Assembly: GCF_009914755.1 (NCBI RefSeq)
Contig: NC_060930.1
DNA: 64,000 nucleotides
Origin: the human T2T-CHM13v2.0 reference genome, Homo sapiens
Reading direction: 5' to 3' (one strand)
The notes under the pieces are model-generated. The model did not search any database, was not told the DNA's origin, and was given only the letters and a program-made list of their open reading frames with translations. A program made the translations under genes and the position numbers. Shown here piece by piece: positions 56,071 to 64,000 of this stretch; position 1 is the first letter of the stretch, and each line of letters opens with the position of its first letter.

Positions 56071-58479
56071 TACCACAAAATGCCAGAGTACCATACTTAA
56101 TAAAACATACTGTTTGACTCTGTAGTATTAAGTAAAATAAAAGCCCCAGGAAGGGTCAGTCTGTTAAATCAGAAAATGCATGAGCGTTTTAACTCTGTTA
56201 AACGCAGTTAGTCCTTTTTTGGCTGCATTTGAAGAACCACCTGTTTATTTATTTCCACTGTTGTGTGATTCTTAACAAGAGGCTATCACAGTTTTTCAAG
56301 GGTTTAGTTCACTATTTTGGGAACATTTCTAAAATTCTGCTATACTTTTAAGTAATAAAAGAATGTTTCATATAATCAGAAACAAGATGCCCAGTTGGAA
56401 AAAAATTGATTTTGACTTTTATGATAATAAAAGCATCACTGAACTTAGATTGTAAAAGAGGAATTAGAACTTGTCATGCCAAAACTATATGGCCTACATG
56501 AGAAACCTCTGGAACACATGAAAATAGATAACCTATGTTTCCTGATCATTTGATCTTCAAGTATAAGAGATTTTCATGCAGCAGAGATGCATGCAAAGTT
56601 TTGTAACTTTCATTAATTTTTAATCATTTTCTTTTTTCAGAAAATCTTTGCCCTCCCATACACAAACTCTCATTTTTGTTTAGTTTGTTGTTAACTCATT
56701 TCAGACAAGTATGCCTTCTTTTTGTTTGTGTTTTCTACTTTTAAAATTTTATCTGTAGTAAATATTGCCTTTGTGATGAGAAGAAAGAAATTAATGATAA
56801 TTAAATAATGTTAAAAGATAAATTTTCTACTAGCCCTACTTATGTGGAAATGCTCCCATGAAGTTTCTAACTTGAAACTTGAACAAAAATGATGCTCCCA
56901 GGCATATGTTCACATTTCTCTAACTCATCTGCCTTGTGAAAAGGAAGACAGGTAGAACATGATTAATAGAAACTTCAGTTGTTTCAAGTTTTTTCTGTTA
57001 CTAACAGTACAAAGCAAACATAGTTACCTAAATATGAATTTAAATGTTAAAAAGAAAAATATAAAGGAAAAAAATAAATATTCTCAACCCTGTTTATGTC
57101 ACATGTGCTATATTTTTAATTAGGTAATTGTACTTATTTATTAAAAGTTAAATCTGAATGCAAAAAGAGAAAGTTCAACGATAATTGATTTATCAGCACC
57201 CACTGAAATGAACATGTTTTCAATAAAAGTAAGTCACTAGGAAAAACTGTTATCAAGTCAGTTATAAGTGAAGAATTTGTCAAAACAGGGCAAAAATTAA
57301 AATTAGGAAAAAATAAAATCTATATAATTTCTACATTATCTTGTTCCACTTTAAAGAAAGATAAGCTGGAAATAATAAATGAAGCTTCAAGCTTGTGATT
57401 TATGCAAAAAGACAGAGAGAGAAAGAGACGGTGGGAGGGGGGGGTGCAAGAGAGAGAACTTCAATCATGGCCAACAAAAAATAGTATTTTTATCTCAGTT
57501 GACTCATTGAAGTTTGGATGCTGTATTTTATCTCTAGGAAAAAAAGCATATATTTGTGTGCACAGTAATGTTCTTGAATAAAGAGGAACACCAACCAAAA
57601 TTTTTCTTTTTCCTTCTCCCCCTCTTTGTCCTTCATCTGTGTCATAAATGATACAAAGAAAACTGAAAGAATTAGGGAATGTGACACATGAATAAACCTT
57701 ACCTGTCAGGTATGACTACTGAAATAAAGATTTGGGAATCACTGCCTTAGAAAACAACTTATAATCAACTCTGTGCATTTAATGGCTTATAGAGATGAAA
57801 AAAATCAATGCAGAACTGCTGATTTTTATATTTTAACCAAATAATTGCAAACAAGAATTTTCGAAAGTTCATGAGGTAGGAGGGGATCGAGGGGAAGCAA
57901 ACTATTCGAAGTAGCAGGTGAGAAATCTCTACATAAAGTGGTTTCACTCTTTTTGGGTTTTTCTTAAAATAAAACAGGACCTCCTACAATTTTCCAGACA
58001 AAGAGAAAGTATTGACTCCAGAGTGCACAGGCCTGTGATGTACTAAAAGGGATCCTCTTGTGTGTGCAAGTTAATTCCATTAACAGAAGTGTTCAAGTTA
58101 TCACAGAAAGCAGTTTGTGCACTGCATAGATCTGGTTCAACAAATGTTAAATAATAGCCCCATTCAAAAGAAAAGGACAAATATTGGGTGTGTGTGACAA
58201 AGGTTCCATTCTGTGTTAATTTTAGTCGATGAAGGTATGTGGTATTTATGCTCATCTCTTTAAGTCAGACTTTAATGCTAAGCCGGATATTTATTTGACA
58301 GTGTAAAGTCCTTAAAAAGCCCTCATTTAAAGCTTTGTATTGATTTGTCGTTATATTCGAAGTCATTGCCTTTGTATTACACTTAACAACATGTTAACAT
58401 TCTGTGAAAAGAAGACCTGTTTCTACAAGTTCTTCATGGAGCTCAGAGGAGCAGGCAGAAACATCTTGCCCACAGTCAG

Positions 58480-58480
<1 letters not shown>

Positions 58481-58511
<31 letters not shown>
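58481..58511 (+). repeat. (CA)n microsatellite
   Basis: Directly visible. Confidence 0.9.
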
Positions 58512-58513
<2 letters not shown>

Positions 58514-61109
58514 TTTCTCTCTCGATCTCCTGAGAAAATTTTAAATCCTTAAAACTTCTGAAGGCTTTATAGGAAATGTCAACCAGCATTGCCCTTTGGA
58601 CACTTTTTTTGGTTTGGTCTGGAATTTCACCATGAGCTTTGAAAAATCATAATAATTGTCAGATATACACACACATACATACATATACACACATATTTAT
58701 TTATGTAACTGAATTATATAAATATGATATAGTGTGCACTCTGAAAAAACAAACAGTATTTAGAAAATCAGAAAACCAGAAGAGAAGATATCCTGAACAG
58801 TGCCTTTTACTTTTATAGCAAAGGGTTCTAAATTACAAGTGTGATAAGAAAACTATTCATTAATATTCAAGAAACCCATATTAAGAACTTACCATTTTCA
58901 ATAGGATAAGAAAACATATGTCTCATTGGCACATTGATTTTAAAAGTACCTGTGCACTGATGCCAGATGCAAGGCCCCTTGCCAGGTAAGGCAAAGTTTG
59001 TAAGGATGTGTAGGACGTGATCCCTAATTCTCAGATGGTGTCTCCTTGTGTAATTTCCCTCAGATTCTGCTCACCCTCTCAGTTTTGAAGCCATTTTGCT
59101 ACCAAAGACCCCAACAGGTGGAAGGGGGGAGAATAAGGAAGATGGGTGCCACAGTAATGCTGAGCCCTGCAGTATGGCCAGTTAGCACTCTTTTCCCAGT
59201 TGTGCGACAGCCCTCACCCTTATCTGCCCATGGCTCAGGTTTCAAGGAAATCAGTGAATTCAGTACCTGGTGCAGCTGAGAAAAGGAATGTCTCACAGTA
59301 ATACCATAGCACATGTTCTAGTGTTAACTTTGTAAATATTAAAGTCTACAATAAGGATGTCTATAGTGCCCAGTTTTATCTCAGAATTGCAAAGTATATG
59401 AATCATATTGTCAAATATCCCCTTTGGACTATGAAGCAAACATCACTGGCCATAGCTTCTTGAAGAACGAAGTGAGCTAAAAAGTGTCTAAACAACTTGC
59501 TCAACATCCACAGGCAAACCAGTGAAAGGATTAGAAACAGAAGTCCTATCTCCCATCACCTATTCATTCCAGTATTTATTTTTCCAATTTTTGAAATTGT
59601 GTCCTTCATAACCCTGCCATCAGGAGACATTCAGACAGTTACCACATTTGAATTATAACAAGTAAACCACTCTTGAAATAACAGGAAGAGCTCATACTAA
59701 TTTATTTAAAGCAGTATTCCTTAAAAACGTGGTGTTGTTTATTATAGAAGATGACGTCATTTTCAATGGTGCTCCCTGAGGGTGTTCAGTGCACAGTGAG
59801 CGGCCTAATGCAGCAGCCTTGCATGGGAATGTTTTATATACTAATTTTAACTAGAAATGTTCAAGTCCTGGATGTGAGGGGATGATGAGGTGAGGTGGTA
59901 ACTGACAGAAGAGTGACTACTATTAATAATTAGTATTTCATAAAATATTTATTCATTTCAAGGCATTTTGAAATCTCTAGCTATTCAAATGGTCCTCAAA
60001 GGTGAATTTGAGTTCCTTTACTGAGTAGAAAAGAATATTGATGATCAAGATTTGACTACTACTGGCAAAATGTAAACTGTAGGAAATAATGTACCTTATT
60101 TTGAGAAGTGGATTATTGGTTTACTAAATAGAAATAGTAATACTTCAACTTTATTCCATACCAAAAACAAACAGGAAGACTTACTGGCTGCTTCCAATCA
60201 CAACAATGAAAGGAATGAGGATTGAAATAAATGTTTGCTTAGCTTTTTTTAATTTTTAATTTTTATAGGTAGATAGTATATGTATATATTTAGCTTTATG
60301 ATTATAAAGTAATTTCAAGCTAAATATTTTTATGTCTTCTCTATTCCCCCAAGTGCCTGGCATGACACTTTGCTATATTAATTGAAACAATTAAGTTTTC
60401 TATGTTAGTTGGGCAAAATTAAGGTAAAAATTGAAATGTATTAACAATGAAGAAGTTTCTGCCATTCTGATAGTTTTATTGAAAAGCCAGGATCAATGAG
60501 AAAAGCACTGAGCTAGATCTTGGTTTCACCCCTGCCTCTACCCATGTGTTATTTAGCTTCCTGAGTCTCAGTTTCTGCCATTGTAAATAGAAGGGTTTTT
60601 ACTATTTGGGGTCTCTCAAGTTGTTATCAGAGAGTAGGGTTAAAAAGAGAAGACGATAATTTGTTTATCTTCAGAGGGAAGGATTATTTCAAACTACAGC
60701 CTCTTGAGATTCTAAAATTACTCTTCTCTAAAATGATATTTCCCACCCTTGCCCACTTGACAATCCTTTTATCTATGGAATTATGTTACATCCTTCAGGT
60801 GCTGGCATTTAAAAAAGTAGACATCCCCTGAAGATGACATTTCATGTCCTTTAAGTCATACAATTCTATGACCCATACCACTTCTAAGAAAAACAAATGC
60901 ATCCATGAAGGAAAACACTCTTGATATAATGGTAAATAAATTAGTACCACAAAAAACATGACTGATTGTGGAAATGCAGACACAGAGGTGGGCAGCCATT
61001 TGGCAAGGCCCTCCCCCTCTAGCTGAAGCAACTTCCAGGATATTAGCCAGCACATTTTTCTCCCTTTATTTTCCTCTTTTTTCCCTTATTTAAGAAAGAT
61101 ATTTAAGAA

Positions 61110-64000
61110 CTAGGATATTCAAAAGCAATCATATTTAAAAAGGAATTTAGAAAGTTACCATACACATCTAGGGAAAGGTGCAGGCTAAGAGAATAACTGA
61201 GAAAAACTTAAGTTTACACATCCCTGGCACAGAGACAGCCAACAACAACCAAAGAAAGAAACAAGGAAAGAAAGCAAAATAATACAGAACACCCTGGGGA
61301 AAACAGGGGTCTGATTTCCAGTTACCACATTATAAAATTCAAACATCTAGTTTCCAACAGAAAGCAAAATCATACAAAGAAACAGGAAATATAGTCCATG
61401 CACAGATAAATAAATAAATAAACACAAACTGTCCCTGAGAGAAACTAGATAGCACTTACTAGACAAGGAACAGCTGCCTTAAAGATGTGCAAAGAACTAA
61501 AGAACAACATGGAGAAAGTCTAGAAAATAATGCGCAAACAAAATGGAAATATCAATAAGGAGCTAGAAAATATAAAAAGAAACTAGAAAGAAAACCTATA
61601 TCTAAAAAGTACAATTACATTAAATGAAAAATTTATTAGAGGATTCAAAAGCAGATTTAATGAGACGAAAGAAAAAAATCAGTAAACTTGATGATAAAAT
61701 AGTTGATCAAGTCTGAGAAACAGAAAGAAAAAAGATTAAAGAAAAGTAAACAGAGCCAATGAACTTGTGGGACACCATCAAGCGGACCAACTTATGCACT
61801 AGGGGAGTCATAGAAAAAGAAGAGAAAGAAAAAGGGGCAAAGAGATAATTTGAAGAAACAGCAGCTGATAACTTTTCAAATTGGATTAAGGACATGAATA
61901 TAAACATCCAGGAAGCTCAAAGAACTCTATGTAGGATAAATTCAAATAAATCTACACCAGGACACATTATGATCAAACTCTCAATAGACAAAGAGGAAAT
62001 CTTGAAAAATAGCAGTAAGGGAGAAGTGACCTATCACATGCCAGGGATCCTCAAGAAAATTATCAGCAGATTTCTCATCAGAAATCTTGGAATTCAGAAT
62101 GTAGTGAGCTGAAAGAAGAAAAAAAAAACTGTCAACCAAGAATCCTATATCTAGCAAATGATTCTTCAAAAATGAGGGAGAAATTAATTTTCCCAGATAA
62201 ATAAAAGCAGAGGAGTTCATTATCATTGGACCTGCCCTGCAAGAAATGTAGGAGGAATTCCTTCAGGTTGACATGAAAAGATGCTAGACAGTAACTCAAA
62301 ACCATAAGAAGTAAAGATCAGAGTAAAGGTAAGTACATGGGTAATTATAAAAGCTAGCATTATTGTAACTTTATAACTCCACTTTTGTTTTCTACATGAT
62401 TTAAGAGATTAATGTATGGAAAATCATTAGTCTATGTTTTGGTACACAAAATGTAACAAATCCAATTTTGTGACACAATAGCTATTGACTATATACAAAA
62501 GGAAATTAGAAAGGATTTAAAATGTTTCACTATAAAAACAATAATTAAATTTAAAAGAAGATGATAATACACGAAATGAGGGACAAAAATCTAAAAGGCA
62601 CATAGAAAACATATGCAAAATAACAGAAGTAAGCCTCTCTTTATCAGTAATTATGTTAGATATAAATGGAATTTATATCTAATTTATACACTTCAATCAA
62701 AAAACAGAGTTTGAAAGAACAAATAGGAAAACATGATCGACCATACACTGTCTACAAGAGACAAACTTTAGATCTAAAGACATAAATATGTTGAAAGTGG
62801 CAAATATAAATGAAAATATCACATATCAAAACTTATGAGATAGAGTAAAGGCAGTGCTAAGAGGGAAATTTGTAGCTATAAATGCTTATACTAAAAAAAA
62901 AAAAAAAAAGACCTCAAATCAACAACTGAATTTTACAACCTAAGAAATTAGAAAAAGAAGAACAAACTAAACCCCAAGCTAGGAGAAGGAAAAAAATAAT
63001 CAAAATTGTAGCAGAGATAATGAAATAAAAAAATACAACAGAGAATATCAATGAAACCAAAAGTTGGTTATTTGGAAATATTAACACAATTGGTGAACCT
63101 TTAGCTAGATTGGGGAAGAAAAGAGAAGACTCAAACTACTAAAATCAAAAATGAAACTGGGAACACATTGCCAATGCTACAGAAATAAAAAGAATCGTTA
63201 AGCGTTTCCTTTGAACAATTATGCACCAACCAACTGTATAATCTAGATGAAATGAACAAATTTCTAGAAACACGACACTTACCAAAACACAAAATTCCAC
63301 CAAACATTTAAAGAAAAATTAACACCAATCCTTCTCAAATTTTTACAAAAATTTTAAGAGGAGAAAACACCATCTAACTCGTTCGATGATACCAGCATTT
63401 CCCTAATACCAAAGTCAAATAAAGACACTACAAGGAAATAAAACTACAAACCAATATATCTAATGAACTTTGATGCAAAAATCCTCAATAAAATTCTAGC
63501 AAACCAAATTCAGCACCATAATAAAAGGATTATATACCATGACCAAGTGGGATTTATTCCTGGAATGCAAGCATGATTCAACATATGGAAATTAATCAAT
63601 GTAATATACTACAGTAACAGCATGAAAGAAAAATAAATACATGATCATCTCAATTGACACAGACAAACTATTTAGTAAAATTCAACACCCTTTTGTGACA
63701 AAAACACTCATCAAACTAGGAATAGAAGTTAACTGCCCCAACATAATAAAAGCCACATACAAAAAACCCACATCCAAATCATATGCAATGGTGAAAGACT
63801 GAAAGCTCTTCCTCTAAGATGAGGAACAGGGCAAGGATGCCTGCTTTTGCCACTTCTGTTTAACATAGCACTGAAAGTCCTGGCGAGAGCAATAAAGTAA
63901 GAAGAAGAAATAAAAGTCATTCAAATTGGAAAAGAAAAAGTAAAATCATTCTGTTGCAGATGATATAATCTTATATGTATACGTAGAAAACCCTAAAGAT
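61110..64000 (+). mobile_element. Old L1M element (5' region, decayed ORF1, ORF2 with internal deletions); runs off the window
   Basis: ORF1-like MNINIQEAQRT..RINS..STPGHIMIKL (61894). ORF2 motifs ggcagtgctaagagggaaattt, gaccaagtgggatttattcctggaatgcaag, gcagatgatataatc. Confidence 0.9.

Overview
This window is AT-rich, CpG-depleted primate (human-like) genomic DNA and looks intronic or intergenic. Much of it is fossil transposable elements: Alu (FLAM/J/S/Y), L1 (L1M to L1PA), L2, MIR, ERVL/MaLR/ERV1 LTRs (MLT2, MLT1, THE1C, MSTD-like, LTR12F-like) and DNA transposons (near-full-length Tigger1, a long Charlie1, MER2/2B, MER5, MER20, MER33, MER63), often nested. I recognise no host protein-coding exon. 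The longer ORFs with recognisable similarity are TE remnants or antisense readings, and the rest look like chance frames. I found no evidence of a new multi-gene biological system. The best observations are unusual retrotransposition or repair scars: an L1 5'UTR-only insert with its own tail, a probable L1-mobilised LTR R-region, a twin-primed L1 and a 50-bp duplication. There is also a 65-nt near-perfect hairpin, a tandem hairpin duplication, and several TE-free motif-dense blocks that look like enhancers or cryptic exons. TE names come from my recall of consensus sequences, not from a database search. Boundaries of old elements are approximate.
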